Shown in pieces: positions 26,201-36,302 of a DNA stretch of 64,000 nt. The notes under the pieces were generated by a model. The model ran no database searches. It saw nothing but the letters and a program-made list of their open reading frames with translations, and was not told the DNA's origin. How positions within the stretch are numbered: the stretch's first letter is position 1; each line of letters begins with the position of its first letter. The stretch is from Ophelia neglecta (Eukaryota), in contig OZ260666.1 in assembly GCA_965285935.1 (NCBI GenBank), positions 7,192,001 to 7,256,000 of the forward strand, in the 5' to 3' direction. The translations under genes were made by a program, and so were the position numbers.

Positions 26201-29200
26201 AACAGACATCAGGTTTCGTCTGATGAGATGTCAAAAATATTGAAATCCTCCTCTTTAAAGAAGACTATATATTCACACTTTATTGGAGTTTCAAGATATG
26301 TGCCTGCAGTAACATACATATTGCTGTCAGCTCTTAGTATTCATAAAACTGACAAAACATGCATATATTTGCCTGGAAAAGGCCCAATTCCCAAGAGCAC
26401 ATTGTGAAAGCTTCCACTGCATGGTGCTGCATATATAATATTATTTTACCCCAGTTGGGATAACGCTATAAGACTAAATCCATCTGCTAATACAACAAAA
26501 ACGACAGACGTCTTTATGTTTATGAGTATAGCGGGACATATGGAAGTTTTTAATAGCACAGTGAGCCATTTGGGAGAAGCATAAAGCATAACCCCCGCTA
26601 TAATTAATAATTGGAAAGAGTCATTCTAGGAGGAAGTCGACCTAGAACGGCACTCAATTCCCGGAACTTTAGTGGTTGAGGAGGATAATAAAACAGAGTA
26701 GTATGGAACAACAACAAGGAGGGTGTTGAAAGTCTGAACGGCGAGTCATGATAGGGGGGGGGGGGTCCGGATTGACTGGGGGTCGCCTGGGCGGGTCGGG
26801 GTTTAGTCATATGCCATGGCGAGTGAGTGGGGCCCCCGAGGTATGGACTCCTTTTACAACGAAGGCTCCATTGGCATTGGGAGAGCATTTTGAGCAACGT
26901 GCGGATAGACGAGTGATCCTGACCCCTGTGTGATCACTTGCTTAAAGAATGACTGGCTCTGGGTGCGGTTTCCCGAAGCCTTCGTACGTGTAAGAGTCAT
27001 CGTACGAAGGTTCTCGCTCGTATATTTGGTTTCTCGATAGCTGCGTACGTATGAACCTTCGTAATTTCGCTCATAATTCTACGAGTGGTCCCAACCAACT
27101 GCAAGTCCTTCGTAAATACGCGTCTCCGCGTTGCAATTCTTATGTAGTGACTGTGCAGTGACTCTGGCGGAAAATGTTGTGGTCTATTCGACAGTAGATT
27201 TTGGCCACTTCATACTTGTGATAAAAGTGGACCTAATATAGACAGATGGACTAGCTACACAATCCGATTACCGAGTAGGCTTTGAGGAGTAGGCCTATGT
27301 AATATCTAAGACATATATCAGACTTTAGCTCTAGATTTATTTTTATATAATTATTTTACATTTCGGTAACTTTAGTCCAATATATTTTGTATGATGATCT
27401 TTTGGGGTATTATTTGTGTAGATCTGTAGTAAGTCTATGCCTTTATATCACTGATTGCGTGTGTGCATGGTTAGAGACCGTCACATTTCCTTTTGACAGG
27501 AGCACCCTGAACCCAAACGTAAATATTGGTAAATTTATGTGTGAGTTTGGCATAATTGTATCTATAATTATGAAAAACTGAACATATCTTGCCTTTGTAA
27601 TGCTTACCATTTTTTGCGTCTTACAGGGGCTTTGGAATATATTAAAACCCTATCATGGCAACTGCTTACTGTTGCTGCTCAGCGTGCAGACGACTGTTCA
27701 TCATGACTTTTGACCCTCGCGAGACGGGGAAACGAGAACGAGATCTCGTGAAGCCAGAGTTTACGAACCTTCGTACAAGTAAACTTTTTAAGAATGATCT
27801 ACGCACGTTTCGAGAAACGCGACTATATTTTTCGTAAATAGCCACGATCATCGTATTTAACGAATGCTTCGAAAAACCGCTCGCTGATCTTTCCATGCAA
27901 TAGTAGAGGCTCCTAGTGGATGTACAAGGGTCCCGTGGACTAGTAGGGCCTCCTAGTTGATGGATAGACGTCTCATGGCATGGTAGGGTCTCCTAGTTGA
28001 TATACAAGGGTCCCGTGAAACAGTAGGGGATGGATAGGGCTCTCATGGAATAGTAGCGTCTCCTTGTGGAGGTGAAAGGGTGCCGTGGAATAGTAGGGAC
28101 TCCTAGTGGATGGATAGGGGTCTCATTGAATAGTAGGTAAGATATAAACTATAACGTAAACCAGTGATAGAGAACTTGTACCTCCAAAACACGTTAAGAT
28201 ATCAGTATTAAACAAATGCACCAAGCCCCTAGCACTTGGATAAGCAGAATTGGTCACTCAAACCATAGAAAACTTTAACTGCGAAGGTTTAAAAAAAATC
28301 ACATCTAGAACCCACAAACTAAGTGTCTAAAGGATAGTCGTCGATCGTATTTTGACTCTCCCTAAATGATGAAATCTTTAAATGGATTCCACAAGTCCTC
28401 AAAGCGAGTGTTATATTTAGATAAATTGGTGGAATATTTATCCATGAATTTGAAAAATGCCCGTGTTTACCTGCAGATTTTGAAACCAGGGCTACATGTT
28501 CCCGGCCATGTTAATCAAGAAGATAAGTACAAACTCTCACCACGGCCACGAGTCTCCAAGTATATAACCCATATGCAGGGGAAATGGGAATATTGTTATC
28601 AAGGAATGGGAATGGGCATTTAATCGAAATCATCTCTTTTTGTCATAGAGAAATAAAGTTAAAAGGCAATTTATTTATATAAGAAGGAACAACTATAGGA
28701 GCGGTCGGTAGTATCTTTAAGCCCTAATAATGGTGGATAAAGAATCCGATGGCAAGAGTCCCATGGTCTAATAGGGCTTTCTTGTGGTTGTGCAAGGGCC
28801 CCATTTAGTAGTAGGGCCTTGTTGTGTCTCAAGGAATAACAGAACCTCCTTTTGGTGGCACAAGTAACCTCTACTGTCTCTAATCCCCCCCCCCCCCACC
28901 ACACACACAAACACACACCTGTCCCCCGGTTCAAAGTCCTTTTTCAAGGAACTAAAATGTTCCATATAAAGAGAAATCATTTTGATTTAAAAAAAACATA
29001 TTGTAAGGAAGTCATAATGATCTAATTTGTTTAATGACAAATAAAGACTAACCTACCAATTTTTCTATAATAGCCTACACTTGTCTTTTTGTGTGATTTC
29101 TCCTGTTAGTTAGGCCAATCCAGACCTCGCACCACTTAACTGTATTATAAAAGGCTGAACTTTTGACCAGATAGAAAAGAACCATTTACTACTCTTAGTC

Positions 29201-31810
29201 TTGTTATCAGAGCCACTTTACTACACACTTCCCGCCTAACCACTTTGACGCCTGTTTTCGCTATTGCCAAAGGCGTGATGGCCACGAACCACATTGCCTC
29301 TCTATCCCCGAGACGGCCTTTCCTAGAGACTGTCATTGACACCTCACACTCAGCATTAAGTAGCACACCTGCTTTTGAAACCCACTTTGCACTTAATAAA
29401 AAAAGTTAAAAACACCAGTAAATAGCGCTGGTCGGTCACCTGTTCTTCAATACTGTAGTGGCTGGGAAAGTGTAATAGGCAGATAATCATGAGTGTGAAA
29501 AAAACCATACAGAAATCAGCTACCATAGCCTCTCAGAATGAAGGCCTCTCTCTGAAGCTTTATAGACACTTGCTGGACTATTGAGTAATCTCAAATGGCA
29601 GCCGTTCACAGATAACATGGCTGCCAGTAACTGTGGCAATCAATGTCCAAGAAGCACTTTCCTAATAGCATCAATTTGAAGTCACAATACCTGCAGGAAA
29701 GCACTAATTGATACCGAACATTAACAATAATACGCCAGCGTACGCACTCCTTGTAAGTGTCCTATGTATCAAGTAATAATCTACTGTTGCTAATGGCACC
29801 ATTCAAACATGTATACTTGTAATAAACCCTGAATGGAGACAGTTACTAGAAATTGTTCTCTTCAAGACCGGCTCCTTTCAGCGCCTGACATGGCCATTAG
29901 TGATCTCTAAAGACACCTCCCATTTCTTGTCCTTCTCACTCAAACTCCTCTCATGTCCTGTCATCATTCGCCTAGATGTGATCCGTACTTAATTGACACG
30001 CCAATTATATGTTTATTAGAAGAAACAATAAACTCTTGCCATCAGCCAATCTATCCCCATGCTGGACTCACCCTCTACAAGCCATTCAATTGCCTATGTT
30101 TTTGGTGAGACTCAGTATACATATTTATGTATCGTCAGATGCTCCAAATTCCTCGTATTGTTCTCAATAGTGCAGCCAGCTCCCTTGCTATAAGACTCAA
30201 CTTGAGAAATGCAGGCAGCTACCCATATGAGTAATATATGAGTTGCGTTTAACTAGAAAGCAACTGGACAACTCTCAACACCCCCAACACACTCTATGGA
30301 GCAACTTGCGGAAAGACAGTTGGCCTAACCTCTGTTTGGCCCTTGTATCCCAACACCCTCCCCGTCAAAACGATGCAAACGAGGCCAGCAGGGATTTTGG
30401 AGCGTTAGGCCCGACGATAAAGTTTATAAAATGTGTTTTAAATCGCCCTGATTTCTTATTGACGTTAGAGAGACAATTTAATTATTTTCCAGCGAGACAG
30501 GGTGTAATCCAGCCTATAACTTGAAGACCATAGTCTGTGTTTATGATGTATGTTCCTTTAAGCTTGTTGGAGATACTTTCTTTTTAGAGGAGGCCTGAGT
30601 AAGTAACACAAAATGTAGACAATTTACCGCCAAACAAGGAACTACACACACAACTTATTCGGTCCTTGGAGCCCGGTATTGATGACATTGTGACAGGCTC
30701 TCAGACCTTCACTCAAGGGCATTAGGGATTCTTTAGAGGTCTCTGGGAGGTCCCTTGCAATCAGAAGGAGGTCAGTAGGAGGTCCCTTGCTTAATGATAG
30801 AGGGCTCTAAGAGGTCCCTGAATCTGCGAATGGGATGTCCAGTTCACCGGATCTCTGTCGAGGGTTTTAATAGGCCCCTCGAACTGTGACAGAGGTCTCA
30901 AAAAGGTTCTTGCCTCTATGAAGTGGATTATTGGTAGGGCTGCGGCAGAGAGTTTGCTAGCAGAGGAGCGGTCATATGAACGGAACCAGACAGCCAAAGG
31001 AACTAGACAACTATATGAACCAGGCTGGCATTGTATCTAGGCGCTCCTAGGTGCCAGAGGATCCCAGGAAGTCGATTCCTGGGAACCAGAGAACCCTCGT
31101 AACCAGAGATCATAAAAACCAAGGGCTGCTTGCAGACACCCGAATATGCTTGGAAACTGGGGTTCCTGGAAACCAGAAGTCCCCTAGGAACCAGGGATTG
31201 CTTGGAGACAGAGTTTGCTTGAAGAAAGGGGATACTCTTGGTCTTTGGGTCAGGAGCTAGTGGCGCTTTGGCTCAGAAGGAGTAGTTTAGCAGAGTCAAG
31301 AGTAGCGGTAAGAAGGATGAGTGAAATGTTAATTTGTTTGGTATTGTTATAAGAGTTTTGTTATTATTTATATCTTGGAGTAGTAAAACAGTCTGAATAT
31401 GCTACTACCAGGGAAGTTAACATGGATACTACTTACTGGGTGTGACCAGAATGACGGCGACCACGATGAGAGAAAGCACTATGAGGATGACCAAGATGGC
31501 GATGAGGATTCCTCTCCAGTTCCTTTCTGGCTCATTGCTGCCGACCAATTCCTGGGAAAGACAACAAATAATAATTATCAGAGAAAGAGGAGGCATACGG
31601 GCTGGAAGAAAAACGAGACTTGGTCGTATTCCTCACCTAGTGTTATCTGTGAAGAAAAGCATACTTTGCATACACCGGTCACACTACTTACCTGGTGTTT
31701 ACTGGGTAGAAATGACAAATTTAATAATAAAAAGCTGTTTTTTTATTTGCACACCACATATATTGAGCAATATGAATACCGCATTCTTGTCCCGACAAAC
31801 ATATTAAGGT

Positions 31811-31841
<31 letters not shown>

Positions 31842-33032
31842 GGGGCAATTGGGATACATACTGGGATTCTGTTACTGGTGATGATATGATGTATTATTCA
31901 GACACCTATGTCTTTGGGGACGTATGGAGAGTTTTATCAACACATTACATTCATACGCTGCACATCAGGCCCTTACAATGTTGGAAAAAAATTTCATATT
32001 AGTCATTGATAATCAGGGGTGAAAGACCTAAAACGAGGAAAAACCATATACACATGGGGGTGGGGGTCGATAGGTGTGATCTTATGCTTGTTTCAAAAAA
32101 GGGCAATAAGGGTAATGACATTTCAGGTGAAAAAACACAGTTCCTAAGTAGCGGATTACAAAAGGGAAAGTGAACACCACGCAGGCAAAGAAAGCTCTGT
32201 AAATCGAGAATAGTTCATTTAACAATATGCAAACAAATATAGGTGTCTCAATGATTGTTTAACCCTTTCACTTCAGAAATTATTTTAGTTAAGAATGCCT
32301 CTATTTTTTTACACATTGTATTAATTCATAAGACTTAATTTTATATGATTTCTAGCATATTTGCACTTATTAAGCCATTTACATGATAACTTATTGTGAA
32401 GAGTATGAAAGTCTATTAATCGAAATCTTAGTAATATACCTAACGTTTGTCAAATAATTCACACAGCTGTTGATGAAATTAATTTTAGGTAGGAGCATTA
32501 TTCAAGAAATAACAGAAATATGCCCTCAACCACCAATGCCCCCTCTCTAACCCCCGCCAAAGCCGGGCCGTCTTGCAAGGATCATCCTCTCATCCAACCT
32601 CTTCCGCCGCCCCATTTGGATAATCCAAACACAATATTTCGGAACTTAATCGATATGCGCCCCCACTCTCTCCTCTTTAATTAGTAAATAAATACACTTT
32701 TAGGTTCTTGTTAATTCTCGTGCTTTGTCCACTCACTAATGAAGGATGACTTTTTCTGCGAGGTTTATATTAGTTTTGTGAGGATTGCATGTATAAACAA
32801 TAGTTTCCCGGAGATGGCTGACTTTTATACCCAAAGAGGGTTTCGTCCCATATACAAAGTCTGCAATATGGATCACTTTAATATCTGTACAAGGACACAT
32901 CTCATATATAACACACAGCAATCTATCATAGGAAGAGAAAGTAGCAAACTGTACGTAATAACCTTGGTCTGCACTTACGTCAGAATTCTTGCCGTGGGAG
33001 GAAACTTTAACGATTCCTGCAGTCGATGTCAT
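14143..33032 (-). CDS. Dipeptidyl peptidase IV family (S9B) type II membrane protein; DPP6/DPP10-like N-terminus with intact catalytic triad; 23 exons, ~826 aa using first exon 32979-33032
   Basis: Manual splice reconstruction: complement(join(14143..14295,14857..14930,15174..15246,15578..15642,15967..16066,16224..16347,16442..16570,16907..16982,17158..17256,17820..18046,19842..19930,20338..20442,20595..20763,21719..21828,22486..22646,23008..23128,23224..23326,23567..23631,23829..23903,24564..24661,25035..25130,31437..31551,32979..33032)). All introns GT-AG, phases consistent, no internal stop. Motifs: RNWRG+[84 protein letters not shown]. The first exon is less certain than the rest. Confidence 0.95.
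14857..14930 (-). CDS. DPP gene E22: (D)[24 protein letters not shown]
   Basis: ctttcag acceptor, gtaagt donor, phase 1 to 0; DDNVHFQ family motif. Confidence 0.95.
15174..15246 (-). CDS. DPP gene E21: [24 protein letters not shown]; catalytic Asp
   Basis: cttccag acceptor, gtaagg donor; HGTAD motif, Asp codon 15175-15177. Confidence 0.95.
15578..15642 (-). CDS. DPP gene E20: (D)[21 protein letters not shown]
   Basis: atttcag acceptor, gtaagt donor; ERYMG motif. Confidence 0.95.
15967..16066 (-). CDS. DPP gene E19: [33 protein letters not shown]; catalytic Ser is the first codon
   Basis: atttcag|TCG acceptor, gtaggt donor. Confidence 0.95.
16224..16347 (-). CDS. DPP gene E18: (R)[41 protein letters not shown]
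   Basis: attccag acceptor, gtaagt donor; IDxxRVAIWGW motif. Confidence 0.95.
16442..16570 (-). CDS. DPP gene E17: (V)[42 protein letters not shown](R)
   Basis: gctccag acceptor, gtgggt donor; YGGP and DGRGSG motifs. Confidence 0.95.
16670..16937. repeat. Tandem echoes (~30-40 bp) of the E16 3' end plus donor site
   Basis: True junction atactacttacacatggacgaggactgggtagag; degenerate copies such as atactacctacacatggattgggtagatag at ~16688. Confidence 0.75.
16907..16982 (-). CDS. DPP gene E16: (S)[24 protein letters not shown](V)
   Basis: ttttcag acceptor, gtaagt donor; LPP...YP motif. Confidence 0.93.
17158..17256 (-). CDS. DPP gene E15: (E)[32 protein letters not shown]
   Basis: ttttcag acceptor, gtaagt donor; LEDN motif; phase 1 to 1. 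Confidence 0.93.
17649..17838. repeat. Echoes of the E14 3' end plus donor site
   Basis: 17649-17676 matches junction 17811-17838 at 23/28; second copy at 17771-17791. Confidence 0.7.
17820..18046 (-). CDS. DPP gene E14: [17 protein letters not shown]...CITC...[36 protein letters not shown]
   Basis: tttccag acceptor, gtcagt donor; Cys-rich propeller blade with CxGPGxP motif. Confidence 0.95.
19842..19930 (-). CDS. DPP gene E13: [29 protein letters not shown](V)
   Basis: cccccag acceptor, gtaagt donor; ITxGxWDV motif. Confidence 0.93.
20338..20442 (-). CDS. DPP gene E12: [35 protein letters not shown]
   Basis: ctttcag acceptor, gtatgt donor; phase 0 to 0. Confidence 0.9.
20595..20763 (-). 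CDS. DPP gene E11: [56 protein letters not shown]
   Basis: tccttag acceptor, gtaagt donor; WxNRxQN and GWV motifs. Confidence 0.95.
20900..21650. repeat. Composite intronic tandem duplications (atgaccctgaccta-type units and a ~200-bp duplication 21306-21446 / 21506-21644)
   Basis: Repeated gttgcttactaaataaat and gacaagtctaagcgcggacat. Confidence 0.8.
21719..21828 (-). CDS. DPP gene E10: [36 protein letters not shown](Q)
   Basis: atttcag acceptor, gttagt donor; completes YPK|AG. Confidence 0.9.
22486..22646 (-). CDS. DPP gene E9: [54 protein letters not shown]
   Basis: cctccag acceptor, gtacgt donor; Glu-Glu motif, WWSPNG. Confidence 0.95.
23008..23128 (-). CDS. DPP gene E8: [40 protein letters not shown]
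   Basis: attgcag acceptor, gttaga donor; NGLPDWLYE motif. Confidence 0.95.
23224..23326 (-). CDS. DPP gene E7: (E)[34 protein letters not shown]
   Basis: attccag acceptor restores frame, gtactc donor; LQYAGW motif. Confidence 0.9.
23567..23631 (-). CDS. DPP gene E6: [21 protein letters not shown](E)
   Basis: ttttcag acceptor, gtgagt donor; RHS motif. Confidence 0.93.
23829..23903 (-). CDS. DPP gene E5: [25 protein letters not shown]
   Basis: gtttcag acceptor, gtgagt donor; SxDxxYVL motif. Confidence 0.93.
23915..24182. repeat. ~42-bp minisatellite (tgtaaaccacaattaatatgtaa...)
   Basis: About 6 degenerate units in intron 4. Confidence 0.75.
24564..24661 (-). CDS. DPP gene E4: (E)[32 protein letters not shown]
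   Basis: gttacag acceptor, gtaagg donor; phase 1 to 0. Confidence 0.93.
25035..25130 (-). CDS. DPP gene E3: (K)[31 protein letters not shown]
   Basis: gttccag acceptor, gtaggc donor; DLF...AKWI motif; phase 1 to 1. Confidence 0.93.
25092..25408. repeat. ~60-65-bp tandem echoes of the E3 acceptor plus exon 5' end
   Basis: About 5 units ggagaaagg...gtcctctggaacacaaaa...catt; 25380-25399 is identical to junction 25124-25143 (20 bp). Confidence 0.8.
25840..26210. repeat. ~20-bp minisatellite (gactctaggtctcggataca)
   Basis: About 18 degenerate units. Confidence 0.85.
26962..27883 (+). mobile_element. PIF/Harbinger-like non-autonomous DNA transposon
   Basis: Imperfect TIRs GGTGCGGTTTCCCGAAGC... 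/ ...GCTTCGAAAAACCGCTCG, subterminal TCGTA/TACGA motifs, 3-bp CTG duplication (26959-26961, 27884-27886). Confidence 0.7.
27893..28136. repeat. ~20/40-bp minisatellite (tagtagggNctcctagtggat...)
   Basis: Alternating higher-order units. Confidence 0.8.
28974..30281 (+). repeat. ~1.3-kb dispersed repeat copy 1 (probably a decayed transposon, class unresolved)
   Basis: Co-linear with 36303-37528: gatctaatttg, cctctctatccccgagacg, aagtcacaatacctgcaggaaa, ctcctctcatgtc. Confidence 0.8.
31437..31551 (-). CDS. DPP gene E2 (juxtamembrane + transmembrane anchor): [38 protein letters not shown]
   Basis: ttcccag acceptor, gtaagt donor; closely resembles the DPP6/DPP10 common exon ([24 protein letters not shown]...). 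Confidence 0.96.
31692..31701 (-). other. Candidate 10-nt microexon TAAACACCAG
   Basis: U-rich tract plus ctacccag acceptor followed after 10 nt by CAG|gtaagtagt donor, 140 nt upstream of E2; no in-frame ATG before an upstream TAA. Confidence 0.4.
32979..33032 (-). CDS. Candidate first coding exon 1a: [18 protein letters not shown]
   Basis: ACTATGA start, 18 codons, GAC|gtaagt phase-0 donor that splices in frame to ELVG; nearest such exon to E2. Confidence 0.7.
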
Positions 33033-33055
33033 AGTTACCAGGCTAGCATGTAGTG

Positions 33056-33069
33056 GTTGCTATAGTAAC
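33056..33069. promoter_or_regulatory. RFX X-box-like palindrome GTTGCTATAGTAAC next to exon 1a
   Basis: Matches the GTTGCCATGGCAAC-type consensus; 24 nt upstream of the exon 1a ATG. Confidence 0.4.
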
Positions 33070-34359
33070 CAATGCTTAGCTATATCCAAGTAATAATACA
33101 CAATTTATCACTGTAGGATGTTACAGATTGTGGAGATGGATTTCCCTCATAATATAAATTGTAACACATTTGAGTCCGTGAACTGCGGTATCTGTCACTT
33201 TGTGTCAGTAATAACAACCATATATCCAAGGTATCTTAAAAGTATTTCCAGTGAGTATCTAACAATATCTTAACAGTATATCGACGGTGCCTATGAATAT
33301 TTCAGAATAACTTCTGATTTAAGGATCAGAGTACCTTCAGAGTATCATCAGCGTGTCTAACAGTAACTATAGACCTAAGCATATCTGAGCACTTCAGAGT
33401 AACTCAGGTTATTTCCAGAAGAATGTCAGTCTCTGTAAAATGGTATCTTGAATTAATGTATTCAATCATATATCTTCTAATCAGCTTTCTACATGTAACA
33501 TCTGCTAACGTACTCCTGTATCAGTCTTAGAATAGACACGACCAGTGTCTTGTCTTGTATGATTGTAGCTATGTTTATTATTTGGAAGCCTATATATTGT
33601 CTATAAATAACTGATGTCTTTCTTCAGATTATGGTTTAATAGCATTGTTCCTAGCACTGTGTGTTACCAAATCCCAAGCCCATTATCTTTGTCCATTGTC
33701 GTAGCGGTCGGTCTCGGCAGCAAAACAACAAATCACCATATATGTATGTGTAACCACTCAAATTACAATACCTTTCTAGTACTAGGGACTGGGAGGGAGG
33801 GCGGAAGTCCTTCCCTTACTATACCTATACCTAAAAGTCTCATGCCTTTAATACCTTTCTAGTAAGATCCTTCCTAGAATACTTTACCAGAAAGCAAAGT
33901 GTTTTTACCAGGATTCATTTCAGCACAGTGTCTTAAGTTAATGGCTTAGAACAGAGACTTAGCACTATGTTTTTGCACTGCTTCTTAGTCCAGCATCTCC
34001 AGTAGAACCATGTATTAGCAGAAGGTCACAGCACAGCGTCTCGGCAACTTGTTTAAAAATGGGCGCAGAATCCTAGAACTTACTATATATGTCTCACTGG
34101 GCTGTAATTGACAGAATATCCTGGCGAGCATGCGCTCTTCGCCCACTTCCTGCTATCCTGACTTTCTGTAATCATGTCCAGGACGTTTAAATGTATCTGA
34201 CCACTGTTATGTGTCTCTAATGTATACTACAAAATGATGAAGTAAGACTTCCGTCCTTCCCGCTCCGATGCCATGACAGGAGCACCTCTCCAGTCATGAT
34301 CAGTCGCTCAAACTATACATAACCAACGGTGAGCGGTAAATTGTCTATGTGTACAAGAG

Positions 34360-34680
34360 CGTATCAGTCTATCAAAGGGGTGCCCTTGATTCTGTCAGTT
34401 ATACAGAGTGTATCAGAAAACTTGGTCCTGTCTCTTGATTCAGACAAATACAGCGAGTATCAGAAAGCTTGGTCCTGTTTCTAGATTCTGTCAGCTATAC
34501 AGTATGTACAAGAAAGTTAAGGCAAATTACACAGGAGCAGTCATTCTGATACTTGCTGTAGATACACGACAGGAGTAAGTATTATGATAAAAGCTGTAGA
34601 TACAAGAAAGGAGCAAGTATTTTGATACAAGCTGTAGATACACGAAAGGGGCACGTATTTTGATACGAGCTGTAGACAGT
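34360..34680. repeat. ~37-bp degenerate minisatellite (gatacaagctgtagatacacg...), partly inverted
   Basis: Repeated gctgtagataca units at 34555-34678. Confidence 0.7.
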
Positions 34681-35597
34681 ATACGCATTATCCAAAAGGC
34701 AGGCATGTCTACAAGTCTGGGATAGCAATGTAAATATCCTTGCTTGCTTCACACAAAAAACACTTCCCACGACGTCATAGGCCACAATAGCTGGTGTCGT
34801 ATGTCTCACGGCTGCTATGTTGTCTAGGAAACCAGCATGCGGCGTGGGAAAACCGCTGGTTGGGACAAACCTGGGTATCAGCGGCTTTGTATAGACTGGT
34901 TATTAAAAGAGATAGGTCTGACGTCGGCCAGTCCTCGGCAATCAAGATTGTTTCTGCTTTCCCAAATCCCTCCGAATCGAAACCCTTCACACACCACACC
35001 CTTTAGCCCCAGATCTCCTCTGATATGAGAAATCTATTCCACACCGACGGCCATGCAATACCCTCCCAGTGTTTCTTTAAGCAGTGCTTGGAATAAAAGC
35101 GACACTCAACACCTTAAGCAGAAATCGTAAAATTGGCAAAACATTATCCTGGCCAAAAACAGGTTCGTGCTCGAGATTTTTCTATGGTAGCCCTACTTTT
35201 CACTGAAGATCACTGCTCAACACACTACGCGACAATATTTTGTCCATAATTCAGATCAACAATATAATCAAAGGGGAAATTAGTTCGCAAGCATTTTCCT
35301 GATTTGCAAACAGTTCTTGGTTTAAGGGATGGCTTGAGTCAGAAATCTACTATTACTAGGAACGGAAAACAGAGCTAATTCTCGGACAACCAATATGCTT
35401 ATATTCTGCGAATCTAATCAGACTCCCAGTCTTATTGACGGTTAATCAGCTTGACTTAGCTCGGCAGCTCGCTAACATGCAGCTGTTAGAAACGTCAGCT
35501 GACAGCTCTGAGCTTGTTAATTAGGACTTTCAAACACCGTAGGTTGAGAAAAATGCTGTCGGTATGAGTGCCGACACAGGTGGAACTGCCAGCTCTG

Positions 35598-35605
35598 CTT
35601 TTATA
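35598..35605 (-). promoter_or_regulatory. Possible TATA box TATAAAAG oriented toward the DPP gene
   Basis: Consensus match in unique sequence; no transcript evidence. Confidence 0.2.
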
Positions 35606-36302
35606 GAGTTCGGAGTCCTAGAAATGTAGAAATGAGATGACACAGGCAACAGTTATACAATTCTTTAGGGTACTATTGGAGACCTCAGGAAGAGACGGGG
35701 CCAATGTGTGTGGCAGCGGGGGGGGGGGGGAGGAGGAGGGTGTGGTGGGAAGGGGTAAGCCGGCAGACACCTCTCTAGAGAGAGAGACTAACGACCCCTA
35801 GAGGCCCTCTTTGGTCCCAGTCCCTGATCATAGCCCATGCCCTCCACAGACCCACATTGTCTTTACTAATTCCATGGTTGCGTATGTGTAAACATATCTG
35901 TTTGTGTGGATATTGGTTTGTGTACTGTACTAACAAACCATCACCCACTGAATACTTGTGCAGTCTGCCACATCAACCGTAATGGAAATAACATGCACGT
36001 GTTATATTACACTAAGCACAGTCTGCTGTATCCTTATAGGAGGTCATGGAGTTTGAGCAGACACCATGTGAGCATTGCAAGAGAATTATTTCCTCAAGAA
36101 AGTAAGAACACTCACTGTAGGGAAATTACAAACAGTGAATTATCGCGAGCTGGAATTGGTCGGGCCTTTGGCGATTAATTTGGAGGAGGGAATGCTGTAC
36201 GTGTTAGTGCCGTTTTACTTTTGATACCCCCGCCCCCAAGACTCTCCTACCCCCCACTCTACCCCTGTTATAGGGAGATATGTCATTGTCCCTGGAACTA
36301 GC

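Noticed and set aside
26205-26275. Hammerhead-like core CTGATGA...GAAA
   Set aside because: Stem II is weak and no compatible stems I and III around an NUH site can be formed.
31399-31881. 160-aa plus-strand ORF with an acidic stretch
   Set aside because: Antisense shadow of the hydrophobic TM exon plus GT and G runs.
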